Of a DNA stretch of 64,000 nucleotides, positions 51,881 through 63,302 are shown in pieces (the first letter of the stretch is position 1; each line of letters begins with the position of its first letter). The notes beneath the pieces were generated by a model, which was not told the origin of the DNA, ran no database searches, and saw only the letters and a list, made by a program, of their open reading frames with translations. The DNA is taken from assembly GCA_963755915.1 (NCBI GenBank), contig CAVWLP010000002.1, positions 4,768,001 through 4,832,000 on the forward strand. The letters are read 5' to 3'. A program made the position numbers and the translations under genes. This stretch comes from an uncultured Phycisphaerales bacterium (GTDB lineage Bacteria > Planctomycetota > Phycisphaerae > Tepidisphaerales > Tepidisphaeraceae).

Positions 51881-53946
51881 TCACCGCCGATTCAAACACC
51901 AGTTGCGCCAGGCCTGTCGATAAGCATTCTCCACATCGACCGCGAATCGCTTCGCGTCCATCAGCGGCGAGGATTTCATCCGCTCGCGCAGCGTCCGCCG
52001 CAATTCGACCAGCCGGGATCGGTCGGCCGCCAGGTCGGCGGCTATCTGAACGTATTGCCCAGGATCGTGCGCGATCAATTCCGGCAAACTCAGATTTGAG
52101 AGAATGCTCCGCCCGCCGCGACCGACGGACGTTTTGCCGGAGAGCGTAACCAGCGGCACCCCCATGAAAAGCGTGTCGCAAGACGTAATGCCGCCGTTGT
52201 AGGGGAATGGATCCAGCGCGATGTCGATGCGCGAGTAGGTCTTCAAATAAGGTTCCCACTGCTGACGTCCGATGAATTCCACCCGGCCGGGTCCGACGCC
52301 GTTGTCTTCCAGCCGCTTTCTGAAATCCTCCAGATATTCGCCCGCCCGGGCATGGATGATCATGCGCGAGCCGGGAACGCGCTGAAGGATCTGGTTCCAA
52401 AGCTGGATGGTTGCTCCGCTCACTTTTGAAAACTGGTTCAGACAGCCGAAGGTGACGAAGCCGTTGGTTTCGCAGGGCGGCGACGAGACGTCGATCATCG
52501 CGCCGCCCGGCTCGTAGCACCAGTAAGTGCGGGGCAGGCGGATGGTTTGCTCCGAGTAGTCGGCCAGATCGGAGCCGGGCGGATCGAGGTGAGGATCGGA
52601 AAAGCGGTAATGCATCGCCTGCACGCCCGAGGTGCTGCAGTAGGCCAGGTAAGTGATCTGCACCGGCGCGGGCTCCATCGCGAAAGTGACCAGACGGCTG
52701 TCGGCAGTGTGCAGGGAAAGATCGACGAGCACATCGATCTCGTCGCGCCGGATCTGCTCGGCAAGGGCCTCGTATTTCAGCGATGTCACATCGCGCCAGC
52801 AATCGACGTGGGCGCGTAACTTTTCGGTGGTGCTGTCGCTGCCGTAGACCGCGGTGTGATAGCAGAAAATCTCGAAATTCCTGCGGTCGTGGCAGCGCAG
52901 CAGGGGCAGAAGATTCCATCCCACGACGTGGGCCCGAAGGTCGGATGAGACATAGCCGATTTTCAGCCGCCGGTCCGGATCGGGAGAATTGCCGTGCGGG
53001 CGGATCATCGAGCGGACCGGTTGCCCATGAACCTCATCCCATCGGCGGCACTCCCGCAGAATGTCGGCGGCAGTGGAGCCCTCGTAAAAGCACATCGCGA
53101 AAATCACGTTGCTGTGGGCGAGGGGATCGGCGGGTGTCAGCTCCATCGCCCGGCGGCCCACAGCAATCGACTCCTCGAGATGCGCCATCCGCAGCAGCGT
53201 CACGCTGAGATTTGCGTGGGCATGGGCGAAATCCGGGCCCAATCTGATCGCCTCGCGATAGGCTGCCAGCGCACCGTCCATATTCCCCTTGGCGCAGAGA
53301 ATGTTCCCGGCATTGCTGTAGGGAATCGGGGAGCCGGGCATCAGTTCCGCATCGCGCTTGCAGGCGGCAAGGGCTTCATCCAAGCGCCCGAGGCGTGCCA
53401 GGGTTATGGAGAGTTCGCTGTTGATCTCGGCATCGTTGGGCTGGATTTTCAGCGCTCCCCGGGCGGCATCGACGGCTTCGGAAAGCCGGCCGAGCTTGGG
53501 GAGAATCCGGGCGAGGTTATGGAGGCTTTCAAAGAGATCCGGCTTGATTTTGAGCGATTGCTGATAGGCCTCGACGGCGCCTTCAAGCCGGCCTGTTGCT
53601 GCAAGCGCCAGGCCGAGGTTGAACCAGGCCTCTGCATAGTCGGGATTCAGGGCCACGGCCCGCCGATAGCATTCCGCCGCCTCGCCGTGACGATTCTGCC
53701 GCCGACGATGACACCCAGGTTGACAAAATAATCCGCGCTATTGGGGTTAAGCGAGATGGCCTTGCGGACGAGTTCCTCGGCCTCTTGCGGACGGTTGGTC
53801 TGATGGGCCACGGACCCGAGAAGAAACAACGTGCCGGCGGAGTTGGGTTCCTTGACCAGAATCCGCCGATAGATTTTCTCCGCCTCGGCGAAGTTGCCGG
53901 ACCGATGCAGCTCTATCGCGCGTGCCTGGTCGTCGCTGGTGGCCAT
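51881..53946 (-). CDS. TPR + GT41 (OGT/SPINDLY-like) glycosyltransferase (frameshift near 53670)
   Basis: TPR repeats; RLKIGYVSSDLRAHVV, DVLVDLSLHT, APVQITYLAY, IDIALDPFPYNGG. Confidence 0.9.
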
Positions 53947-53971
53947 TGCCCGCGATTATAAGCTAGACGGG

Positions 53972-54262
53972 TCAGGCCTGAATGGACTGCGTCTCGTCGG
54001 TGGGCCACCACCAGCCGAGGTTTGGATCGTGCCCGACAGAGATTTTAATCCCCAGCCAGGCCGCGCAAACCGCGGCGGCGTGATGCGCCTGCTGCGGAGA
54101 ATCAAACACCTGCTCAATATTCCGGTGATTCTTGGGATTCCCCCACGCTCTGAGGAAATTGCCAACGGTGTGAAGATTCAGCATCCGCTGAAGCGGCAGC
54201 GCGATTTCGGACCGCATGATGTCCATTAGAGGTAAATCGAGGATTGGATTACGGGCGGACAT
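53972..54262 (-). CDS. Hypothetical protein
   Basis: AAGGAGG RBS; 96-aa ORF upstream of the GT41 gene on the same strand. Confidence 0.65.
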   Translation of the reverse strand: MSARNPILDLPLMDIMRSEIALPLQRMLNLHTVGNFLRAWGNPKNHRNIEQVFDSPQQAHHAAAVCAAWLGIKISVGHDPNLGWWWPTDETQSIQA

Positions 54263-54400
54263 AGGGCCTCCTTACCCGGTTTTTTTAATTTTCCCTGCAT
54301 CCCTTGCGGGGAAAATGGCGGCTTTTAAGCCAACGGCCCAAAATTAACCTGCTCATCGACAAAGTCAACCCGCCGGGGCGAAAGAACCGGACAAAAAATT

Positions 54401-56002
54401 TTAAAGTTTTCGATTTCGCTGGCGGAAGTTTGCTGCGGTAAACAAAAAGATCGCCGCGATCAGCACCACCGCGAATCCCAGGCCGGGGTAGAGGCCGTGG
54501 GAAATCGTGGCCAGCGTCGGGTCGGAATCCGAATTGAATCGGCACATGATCTCGATCAGCATCGCGCAGGAGGAAAGACAGATCACCACACCCAGCAGCG
54601 TCATCCCCAGCCCAAGCGGGATCAGCAATGGAAACAAAGCCGCCCCCCAGAGCAGATAGCGATTATTCAAATACGGCAGAATTGAAAAGAAAAGCACCCA
54701 CGGAGCGTAGAGCGCCAACAGAAATCGCGGGCTGCGGCGCCGCCACTGGACCGCGGCCGCGACGGCGCAAAGCAGCAGACACACAGCGTAGGTCTCGCTC
54801 AGGAACCATCGCAGGTCGATTTCAACCCAGTGGCCGGGGGCGATGGGAAGATCAACCGGGCTCTCCGCTTCCCAGCCCCATTGCTCGTGCAAGATCGCGG
54901 GGAGATTGCCGGTGCCAACCGTGGCGATTTCAGGGTGTTTGATCGGTCCATACTCGAAAGGCAATATGAACCAGGACATATCGCCACTGAGGAGTTTCGG
55001 GGTGAGCCAGACCGGGATTATGAAGATTGCGCAAGCGAGAAGCTGAAAGATTGGGCTGCGCCATCGGCGGCGGTAGATGAGCAGCCCGATGGCGACCACA
55101 GCACCTGAGGAGACGAAGATGAAGTCGCCTTTGCCGGTGAGTGTCCAGGGGATGGCGATGACCGTCATCGCCATCGCCAGGCCGAAAACAACGCGGGCGG
55201 CACTGAGCCATCGCGCCGAAAAAAGCGGCCAGAGCAGAAAGATCGGACCGACGAACAGAATCTGCCCCTTCAGCATCGCCCCAATTCCCAGCATCAGCCC
55301 AGCGGTAAACCACCAGTCGCGCATCGAGAAGTAGAGTGCGAAGACAAAGAACGGCAGAATCCAGCAATCCCATTGCGGCCAGCAGTCATTAAGAATGAGA
55401 GAGGGATTAAACCAGACCAGCAGCGCCGCGATGGCCAACGGCACATAGCGGCCCAAAATGTCGCGAAACCGCGTTGATTCCGCGGCCCCGCCTCTGGCGA
55501 TTTTTCGCATCAGACGCAGGACCATCACCACGCCGACCGCAGCCGCAGCCTCGCACGCGGCGTTTACCATCAGGATGGGACGATGGAACGCATAGCTCTT
55601 GTCCGGGTCCCACTGATCCGACGCGTCGAAGTGCTCGTTTACCCAGTGCGCCCAGATTGTGGCGATCGTGAGGCGAAGGGGTGTGTAATCCAGGCCATAT
55701 TCCATCGGGGGCTGATCGCCGTAGTCGGCGCGAATCTGGCGATAGCGTTTGAAGAGTCCCACGTTGTCCGAATCGCTTCCCCAGGTGTAGGCATGGGTGG
55801 CATCCCCGATGAAATGCATGTTGATCGTCTCTTCCCACGCCCAGCGGCGAAGCTGAATCCCCGCCTTAAAGACGCAGGCGGAAACGACCAGAAGCGCCAC
55901 CCAGCCGGCAATGCCCAAAAGCAGGCGCTGCCACTGCATGCCCGGCGCGGCAGTCGGCAGGTCCTCTTTTACTTCGGTGGACATCGAAGTTTCTGAAGCC
56001 AT
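54401..56002 (-). CDS. Multi-pass GT-C fold glycosyltransferase candidate (GT87-like)
   Basis: GD loop, LDYTP, WFNP-x-LI-x-ND-x-WPQWD, KGQ, RYL motifs; many TM helices. Confidence 0.65.
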   Translation of the reverse strand: MASETSMSTEVKEDLPTAAPGMQWQRLLLGIAGWVALLVVSACVFKAGIQLRRWAWEETINMHFIGDATHAYTWGSDSDNVGLFKRYRQIRADYGDQPPMEYGLDYTPLRLTIATIWAHWVNEHFDASDQWDPDKSYAFHRPILMVNAACEAAAAVGVVMVLRLMRKIARGGAAESTRFRDILGRYVPLAIAALLVWFNPSLILNDCWPQWDCWILPFFVFALYFSMRDWWFTAGLMLGIGAMLKGQILFVGPIFLLWPLFSARWLSAARVVFGLAMAMTVIAIPWTLTGKGDFIFVSSGAVVAIGLLIYRRRWRSPIFQLLACAIFIIPVWLTPKLLSGDMSWFILPFEYGPIKHPEIATVGTGNLPAILHEQWGWEAESPVDLPIAPGHWVEIDLRWFLSETYAVCLLLCAVAAAVQWRRRSPRFLLALYAPWVLFFSILPYLNNRYLLWGAALFPLLIPLGLGMTLLGVVICLSSCAMLIEIMCRFNSDSDPTLATISHGLYPGLGFAVVLIAAIFLFTAANFRQRNRKL

Positions 56003-56050
56003 TCGATCCCCCCATGAGTGTGCCTCGCAATTGGGCCGCAGGCAAGCCGC

Positions 56051-56079
56051 TTGACACTCCACCGCCGGGGTTCTACTTT
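56051..56079 (+). promoter_or_regulatory. Sigma70-type promoter of purA
   Basis: TTGACA-17 bp-TACTTT. Confidence 0.6.
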
Positions 56080-56126
56080 CGGACTGGTATTGGGGGGGTC
56101 CATTTGTTTGGAAGGGCATTGGCGAC

Positions 56127-57422
56127 GTGATTCCACTGCAAGAGCAAAATGTGTGCGTCATCGGTCTGCAATGGGGCGATGAAGGCAAGGGCAAGATCGT
56201 CGATTTTCTGGCCGAGCGGGCCGACGTCGTCGTCCGCTATTGCGGCGGCGCCAACGCCGGCCATACCGTTCGCATCGGCGCCGAGAAATATTCCACCCAT
56301 CTGCTGCCGGTCGGCGTCCTTCGGCCGGGGAAGATGAACATCATCGGCAACGGCGTCGTCATCGACCCGGCGGCGCTATTCCGTGAAATCGACGAGCTGG
56401 CCGCACGCGGAATCGCGGTAACCCCGGCAAACCTGCGCATCAGCTATAAGGCCCACCTCGTGATGCCCTATCACATGCTGGAGGATGCCGCCCGCGAGCA
56501 AAGCTCGGAAGGCTCCGCCATCGGCACCACCCGGCGGGGAATCGGGCCCTCCTACGCCGACAAAATGCAGCGCTCAACCGCCCTTCGCATCGCCGATCTT
56601 CAGGACGAGCAGAGGCTTAAAAGTCGCATTTCCCAGGTCGTGATCGAGCGCACCAAGGTCTTGCGCGCTCTATACGATCTACCGCCCATCGAATGGAAGC
56701 CGATTTTCGAACAATACCGCGATTTTGGCCGGCGGATCGCACCCTTCGTCGACGATTCGACGTTTCTACTCCTGCAATATGCCGGCGAAGGCAAGCGAAT
56801 CGTATTTGAAGGGGCCCATGCGACGCTCCTGGACGTGGATCACGGAACGTATCCTTACGTCACCAGCAGCAATTGCTCCGGGCTGGGCGTCTATACCGGC
56901 GCGGGAGTTCCGCCGCAGATGGTCCAGAATTTTCAGGGGGTGATTAAGGCCTACAGCACCCGCGTCGGAGGCGGTCCCTTCCCCACCGAGCAGGACAACA
57001 ACATCGGCAGCTATATCCGCGAGCGCGGCAACGAATATGGCACCACCACCCGCCGCCCGCGCCGCTGCGGATGGTTTGACGCCGTCGCGGCGCGGTATTC
57101 AGTCGATTTGTGCGGGGTCTCCGCTGCCGCGATCACCCTCCTGGACGTCCTCTCCGGCCTGGATCATGTTCAAATTTGCACCAGCTACAAATACCGCGGC
57201 GCGCGATTGCCGAATTTTCGCGCAGATATGGGCGTCCTCGCCGAAGTCGAGCCGGTATACGAAACGCTGCCAGGTTGGCGGGGCAACATCTCCGGATGCC
57301 GCAACTTTGCCGAGCTCCCCATCGAAGCACAGCAATACGTCAAGCGGATCGAGCAGCTCGTCGACGCGCCCATCAACATGGTCAGCGTCGGGCCCGAGCG
57401 CTCCGCAATCCTCATGCGCTAA
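56127..57422 (+). CDS. purA: Adenylosuccinate synthetase
   Basis: GLQWGDEGKGK, NAGHT, IGTTRRGIGP, GTYPYVTSS, RPRRCGW. Confidence 0.98.
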   Translation: MIPLQEQNVCVIGLQWGDEGKGKIVDFLAERADVVVRYCGGANAGHTVRIGAEKYSTHLLPVGVLRPGKMNIIGNGVVIDPAALFREIDELAARGIAVTPANLRISYKAHLVMPYHMLEDAAREQSSEGSAIGTTRRGIGPSYADKMQRSTALRIADLQDEQRLKSRISQVVIERTKVLRALYDLPPIEWKPIFEQYRDFGRRIAPFVDDSTFLLLQYAGEGKRIVFEGAHATLLDVDHGTYPYVTSSNCSGLGVYTGAGVPPQMVQNFQGVIKAYSTRVGGGPFPTEQDNNIGSYIRERGNEYGTTTRRPRRCGWFDAVAARYSVDLCGVSAAAITLLDVLSGLDHVQICTSYKYRGARLPNFRADMGVLAEVEPVYETLPGWRGNISGCRNFAELPIEAQQYVKRIEQLVDAPINMVSVGPERSAILMR

Positions 57423-57590
57423 CGCAAGAGGATGGGCGCATCTAATTTAAAAAATTTTAATAGCCAAATCTCAATTTTTAGTTTCGCAAAAAGTTTGCTT
57501 CCGTGGATACTATGGCTGCTGTAGAAACGGGACCGGAGCCGATGGAAGTTGGAGTCGGGAATCGGTTTCCTGCACGTGGGTGACGTGCGC

Positions 57591-58250
57591 ATGGATGCGA
57601 CAATGCCTTTGCAACCGGACCTTCGCAAGCGACTTGAAAAGGTTCTAAGCACCCTTGACGACCAGGGAACGCTTGGGCCCAGACTGCGCGGAGATGCCGC
57701 GCGCCTGTGGCGGCGTATTTCCAAGTGGCTCTCCATGAACCTCATCAGCTCCGGCGCCGAGATCGACGCCCTTGAACTCGCCTGCTACGCGCTTCAGCTT
57801 CCCCCCCGCCAGGGCCGCGGGGTCATGCCCGGCCGCCTCGGCCGCACCAATCTCCGCGAACGCTGCGAGCAAGCCGCCGAACTGCTCGTGAGCCTGATGG
57901 GCTCTGACATCGAAGAGGGCCTGCTCGACCGCACCACCCGCCTGCTGCACGAGGTCACCCAGCGGCTGCCGGTCCTAGACGAAGCCAAAATCCTCGCCGA
58001 CGCCCTCAACCTCGAAGATTTCGGCATCATCGGCCTGGTGCTTCAAACCATCCAGCTCGGCTTGCAGGGCGAAGGCGTTAACGACCTCTCCGATGCCCTG
58101 GAAAAGCGCGAAGAATACGGCTATTGGGAAGCCCGCCTGAAAGACGGCTTCCATTTCGAGCAAATCCGCGTGATCGCAAACAAGCGTTTGGCAAGCACCC
58201 GCCGGGTGGCGAAGATACTTGGCGATGAGCTTAAGGAAGATCAGCCGTAA
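57591..58250 (+). CDS. Helical hypothetical protein, possibly a degenerate HD-fold
   Basis: EAKILADA-x-NLEDFG-x-IG resembles HD-domain C-terminal helices, but there is no HD dyad. Confidence 0.55.
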   Translation: MDATMPLQPDLRKRLEKVLSTLDDQGTLGPRLRGDAARLWRRISKWLSMNLISSGAEIDALELACYALQLPPRQGRGVMPGRLGRTNLRERCEQAAELLVSLMGSDIEEGLLDRTTRLLHEVTQRLPVLDEAKILADALNLEDFGIIGLVLQTIQLGLQGEGVNDLSDALEKREEYGYWEARLKDGFHFEQIRVIANKRLASTRRVAKILGDELKEDQP

Positions 58251-58251
58251 G

Positions 58252-59529
58252 ATGATCGCCGCGGCGTGGGTGGCGCCGATGACCGGTCCGCTGATCCGCG
58301 ATGGCGCGATTGTTTTCAGCGCCGGTCGCGTGGAGGCGGTAGGAACGGCCGGTGGACTTCGAGAAAAATATCCCGATGCGGAAATTGTCGAGCTGGGCGA
58401 TGCCATCGTTCTGCCCGGGCTGGTGAATGCCCATACGCATCTGGAGCTAAGCCATATTCGTTGCGGGGATTCATCCGGGGGCCACCTGGCCGACTGGATT
58501 GTCAAAAGCGTAATGCCGCAAGCGACGAAGGATCCCGTCGAGATTGCGGTGCAGGAAGGCGTTAGGCAATGCCTGAGATTTGGGGTGACCAGTGTCGGGG
58601 ACATCACCAAGCAATGCGTCCCAACAAGAGCCGCCCTTCGCGACGGCCCGCTCCGCGTCGTCAGCTTTGGAGAAATCCAGGCAATGGCAAAACGCCGCGG
58701 ACTCCTGGAAGAGCGTTTCGCCAAGGCGGCCGACACATCGAGTGAATCCCAGTGGCTCCGCGTCGGAATCTCCCCCCACGCCCCCTACACGGTGGAAGCC
58801 CAGGGCTACCGCCGCTGTCTCGCCTTCGCGAAATCCCAGAATCGTCCCCTGGCGACGCATCTTGCCGAGACCGCCGAAGAAAACGAGTTTCTCACAGCGC
58901 ACACCGGACCATTCCGAAAACTCTGGGAAACCGGCGTAAATGCCTGGAGCGACGACGTCCCGCAATTTTCCGGCGGCCCAATCCGCTTCGCGCGCGAAGC
59001 TGGCCTGCTTGACTATCCCTCCCTTCTCGCTCACGTGAATTATTGCGATGACGGGGAAATGGATATTCTCACCGCCGGCAAAGCCAGCGTCGTCTTTTGC
59101 CCCCGCACCCACGAATTCTTCGGCCATCCCCCCCACCGCTGGCGCGAGATGCTGAAACGCGGCATCAACGTCGCCGTGGGAACCGACAGTTGTGCCAGTT
59201 CGCCGGACTTAAATATTGTCGACGATCTTCGCCTGCTGCATCGGCTATATCCGGAGGAACCCGCGATGTTATTGTGGGAAATGGCCACGGTCCGCGCGGC
59301 GCGGGCGATCAGGATGAATGATACCCCCTCTTCCCCCTCTCCCGGTACTCCGGGAGAGGGTTGGGGTGAGGGCCGTGGAGACATTTCCGTAGGGATAATT
59401 CGCCCGGCCGCGGCAGCAGATTTCGCCGTATTCAAATGCTCGAGTGATGATCCCCTGATGGAGATTCTGGAAACCGATGTCCTTCCCGCTTCGATCTGGA
59501 TTGAAGGGAAAAGGACACAGCCGGCGTAG
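58252..59529 (+). CDS. Amidohydrolase (MTA/SAH or aminodeoxyfutalosine deaminase-like)
   Basis: PGLVNAHTHLEL, SPHAPYT, HLAET-x-EE, AHVN, GTDS. Confidence 0.87.
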   Translation: MIAAAWVAPMTGPLIRDGAIVFSAGRVEAVGTAGGLREKYPDAEIVELGDAIVLPGLVNAHTHLELSHIRCGDSSGGHLADWIVKSVMPQATKDPVEIAVQEGVRQCLRFGVTSVGDITKQCVPTRAALRDGPLRVVSFGEIQAMAKRRGLLEERFAKAADTSSESQWLRVGISPHAPYTVEAQGYRRCLAFAKSQNRPLATHLAETAEENEFLTAHTGPFRKLWETGVNAWSDDVPQFSGGPIRFAREAGLLDYPSLLAHVNYCDDGEMDILTAGKASVVFCPRTHEFFGHPPHRWREMLKRGINVAVGTDSCASSPDLNIVDDLRLLHRLYPEEPAMLLWEMATVRAARAIRMNDTPSSPSPGTPGEGWGEGRGDISVGIIRPAAAADFAVFKCSSDDPLMEILETDVLPASIWIEGKRTQPA

Positions 59530-59602
59530 CGTTATCTCTTTCGCTGCCCTCACCCCAACCCTCTCCCGGAGTACCGGGCGAGGGGGCAAGAGGCGAATGC
59601 GC

Positions 59603-60211
59603 TTACGTTCCGCCCGTTCCCGACTGCTTCGCCCGCGTAATCGCTCCCCGCAGCCGTTCCAGCACTTCCTTCGGCTTGGCGACTGTTTGCCACACCGCCG
59701 TAGGTATCGCCTCATCGTGGGGAATAATTTCGATTGATCCAACCCCCACAAGTTTTTCCCGCGAAACGGAGACCATTCGCGCCCGCACCACTTTCCGCAG
59801 CGGGCAATCAAAGATGTCGACGCTAAAGACCCCGCGGATGCGCAGCACGCGCTGATCGGTCAGAATGTAAATCCGCCCCATCCATTGAAGCACCGCCCAC
59901 ATCAATCGTCCGCCGATGACAAACATCGCCGACTCGAAATAAAAGTTATCCCGGGCATGCCGATCGACCAATGCCAGCGCGATCGCGGCAACCGCGATGC
60001 CCGCCGCAAAGGCGATCGACTCAAAGACAATGAACCACAGCGACGGCTTGATGATCATGATGATCAGCTCCCCGTCGCGGAGAATATGCGAGCCCAGAAG
60101 CGCCCCCAGCGACGTCGTGCGTGCCGGCGCAACCACCGCCCCCGGAGCGGCGGCGGCCGCCGCTTCGGCGGGATGGGCAGCAGGCGCAGAGTGGGGACCA
60201 ATCAGGTTCAT
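59603..60211 (-). CDS. Bacterial PH (bPH_2) domain membrane protein
   Basis: Two TM helices, then YILTDQRVLRIRGVF...GVGSIEI. Confidence 0.75.
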   Translation of the reverse strand: MNLIGPHSAPAAHPAEAAAAAAPGAVVAPARTTSLGALLGSHILRDGELIIMIIKPSLWFIVFESIAFAAGIAVAAIALALVDRHARDNFYFESAMFVIGGRLMWAVLQWMGRIYILTDQRVLRIRGVFSVDIFDCPLRKVVRARMVSVSREKLVGVGSIEIIPHDEAIPTAVWQTVAKPKEVLERLRGAITRAKQSGTGGT

Positions 60212-60774
60212 GGCATATGCATCGGATTTTTTAGCGTCACGATGTCAGGCAGATTCCGGTAATAATCATTGTAATCCAGCCCATACCCGACGACGAATTT
60301 GTCCGGGATTTCAAATCCAACGTAATCCACATGTACCGCGTGCGCCGTCGGCCGGTCTTTGCGCAGCAGCACGCAGCTCTTCACGCTGGCCGCCCCCATT
60401 TCCCGCAGCGCGGGGACAACCAGGTGCAGCGTCCCCCCGCTGTCCAGAATGTCGTCCACGACCAGGACGTGCCGACCTTCAATGTTGCCCACCTGGTTCG
60501 CCAGCAACTGTGATCCGCGCGACTGGACGCTTCGCCCCGGATAGCTGGCAACCGTCATTAACCCGATCTTCATCGCCATCGGGATCTTCCGGATCAGATC
60601 GCTCGCGAAGATGATCGCCCCCGTCATGATCGGCACGATGGTAATCTCCGCATCCGCGAGCCCCGCCGCGACATGGTCTTCGGTAATCCGCAAGGCCAGT
60701 TCCCCCACCCGCATCGCAATTTTCTCTTGCGGGATCAGAACCTGATCGGTTGCCGAATTCACGGAATTGGGCAT
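60208..60774 (-). CDS. hpt: Hypoxanthine phosphoribosyltransferase
   Basis: VLVVDDILDSGGTL, FVVGYGLDY, YRNLP. Confidence 0.95.
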   Translation of the reverse strand: MPNSVNSATDQVLIPQEKIAMRVGELALRITEDHVAAGLADAEITIVPIMTGAIIFASDLIRKIPMAMKIGLMTVASYPGRSVQSRGSQLLANQVGNIEGRHVLVVDDILDSGGTLHLVVPALREMGAASVKSCVLLRKDRPTAHAVHVDYVGFEIPDKFVVGYGLDYNDYYRNLPDIVTLKNPMHMP

Positions 60775-60775
60775 A

Positions 60776-62769
60776 TCACTGCTCCCAGACCGCGACATCC
60801 GCCGGGCCCAGCGTCGCCGAGCCGACAAGAAATTTCGCTGACGCCGGCGCCGGCGTCGGCACGGCTTTGTCCTGGTAATTCAAGGCAATTCGATACGGCC
60901 CGCGCTGAAGAACCTGCACCCGAACCGGAACGAATTGCGCCTGCAACTTGTCCGGCCCAATCTGCCTCGCCAGCGATTCCACAAACGTATCCACCAGCGG
61001 CTGCTCGCTGAAGACGCCGAAATAATTCACCGTCCCCTTCCCGCATTTGGCCCGCGTGATCGCCGCCGCCCCCGTATAAAACTGGTCGGCATACGTCGCC
61101 AGCACCTCGGTGCCGGGATTCGCCGTCAGTTGATCTCCCCACACTCCCCACGCATAGCTGTTCCCCCCGAATTTGATCTGCCCGAACCGGTCATCGCGCA
61201 GCGAATCATATCCGTCAATGCTCGCGCCGATGAGCGGAAGGATCGGCGCTCCCCAAGGTCCCTCCCAAAGCTGCCCGGTGCGATCCATCAATCCCGTCCG
61301 GCAGGTCAGCACCAGATTTCCCCCGCCGCGCGCATAAGAATCGAACTGCCCCATGAGCTTATCATCGACCATCTGCACCCCTGGGGCGACAATCAGCGGC
61401 AAATCCGCCGGCCACTGGGACCCCGGCCGCAGGATACGAATCCTCACCCCCAGCCGGCTCAGCGCCGCATACCACGAAGTCAGCCAACGCGACTGATTCC
61501 ATCTCCGCGCCTGCGGCAGCGTCATGAAATACCAGAGCTGATCGAAATCCAGCACCAGCCCGACCGTATGCCGCGGGTCCTGCGCCTCGGCCGCGAATTT
61601 CGGAACCCGCGAAATATCCAGATTCCGCATCTCGCGAATCACCTGCCCAAACTGCTGCCCGCCCGGCGAAGGCGTCACCCCATCCGTCCCAACCAATCCG
61701 TGATGAAACAATTCGATCCCAAACCGCGGCTGGCGAAACCGATAGGTTGTCACAAATTCCGCCCCATGCGCAAACGCCGTCCAGATCCACAGCCGAATCG
61801 CACCCGGATAAACCCGAACCGGCACCCCGCTCCAGTTCACCTGCCCCGGCTGAAGCTCCATCAGCCCCCACCGGTTATGAAACCCCGCCATAAAATCGTG
61901 CAGCAGGCTGATCTGCGCCGGATCCGCGATTCGATATGTTTCGTCGTTCCCCTCCTTTTCCCACCCGGTCACCGGATAAGAATCCCACGCCATCAGCGAA
62001 AGATCCTTGGCAAAATCCCCCGGATCGCAATCCGGCTGAAGGTGCATGAAATTGGTTGTGATGAATCGCTTCCCGATCTTCGGACGCAGAATATCGCTCT
62101 GAATCCGGTTATACGCCGCGAAAGCCCAGCTCCAGAATCGCGACCCATCCAGCCCCTGGTGCGGATTGCCATACCGCGGATCGCGCGCGGCGGCAGAAGA
62201 ATCTGATTGAAATCCGTGTAATACGTATTCCAAAACTGATTCCCCCACGCCCGGTTTAAATTCTGAATATCCCCATATTTTTCCCGCAGCCATTTCCGAA
62301 ACGCCGCGTGCGTGATCTCCGACTGGTCGAACGGGTTGCTATATTCGTTATCGATCTGCCAGCCGATCACCGAGGGATGATCGCCAAACCGATCCGCCAT
62401 CGCCTGCACGATTCGCCGCGTGGCCGCCTGAAATTCCGGTGAAAGCGGATTGTAATGCCGCCGGCCACCAAAGCGCCCGCGAACGTTCCCTTCATACATC
62501 GGCAACGTCTCCGGCGACCCGTCGCTCAGCCAGATCGGTGGCGCCGCTGTCGGCGTGCACAGGATCACATCCAGCTTCCGCTTCGCCGCCAGATCCAGGC
62601 AATGGCTCAGCCAGTCAAACTTGAATTCGCCCGGCTTCGGCTCCATCTCGTACCACGCGAACTCAGCCATGTGCACGATCTGAAGCCCCATCTTCGCGAT
62701 GTTGTCAAAATCACGTTCCCATTGCTGCCGCGGCCACTGTTCGGGGTAATAATATGTCCCTATTTTCAT
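60776..62769 (-). CDS. GH42 beta-galactosidase (frameshift near 62190)
   Basis: YYPEQW, AEFAW, CTPTAAPP, WQIDNE, TTNFM, MELQPGQVNW. Confidence 0.92.
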
Positions 62770-62941
62770 GAATCTCCGTTCCCTTCTTTCCGCGAATGGT
62801 AGTCCAGTTGGATTAAAGCGAAAAGGCCGAAGGAACCTCGCCTCTTACATTAACCCAGGCGGGCCCATCAAAACGATTCCCCCACGAACCTAAACCCGCG
62901 CCCCCCTTGCGACGACGTTTATTTCTGTCGGAGCAAGGCCT

Positions 62942-63283
62942 ATGGACGACGCATTTGGAATTGCGCTCTCAGGAATGCAGGCGGCGCAAACGCAACTAAA
63001 TGTTGCGGCCAATAATATCGCCAATGCCAACACCCCGGGCTTCAAGGCCCAGCAGGCCGATCTAACGAGCCTGCCCAACGGGGATGGCGTCGATGTCGCC
63101 CAGATTTCAACGACAGGGAATTCCGCCGACCCCACCGTCGCCATCATTAGCCTGCGGCAATCGGCACTCCTATACGGCGCCAACGCAATGGTGATCCGCG
63201 TGCAAAACCAGATGTACGGCTCGCTGCTGAACGTCCTGGACAATCAGGACCCGAGCCAGGATCAGCCGTGGGATAATTCGTGA
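62942..63283 (+). CDS. Short orphan flagellar basal-body rod-like protein
   Basis: ALSGMQAAQTQLNVAANNIANANTPGFK plus a C-terminal Y-x-AN-x2-VI helix. Confidence 0.8.
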   Translation: MDDAFGIALSGMQAAQTQLNVAANNIANANTPGFKAQQADLTSLPNGDGVDVAQISTTGNSADPTVAIISLRQSALLYGANAMVIRVQNQMYGSLLNVLDNQDPSQDQPWDNS

Positions 63284-63302
63284 GGTGATCGACAGAATTC
63301 CG

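Noticed and set aside
57430-57500. dif site or origin in the AT-rich tract after purA
   Set aside because: No XerC/XerD arms or DnaA boxes recognised; more likely a promoter region.
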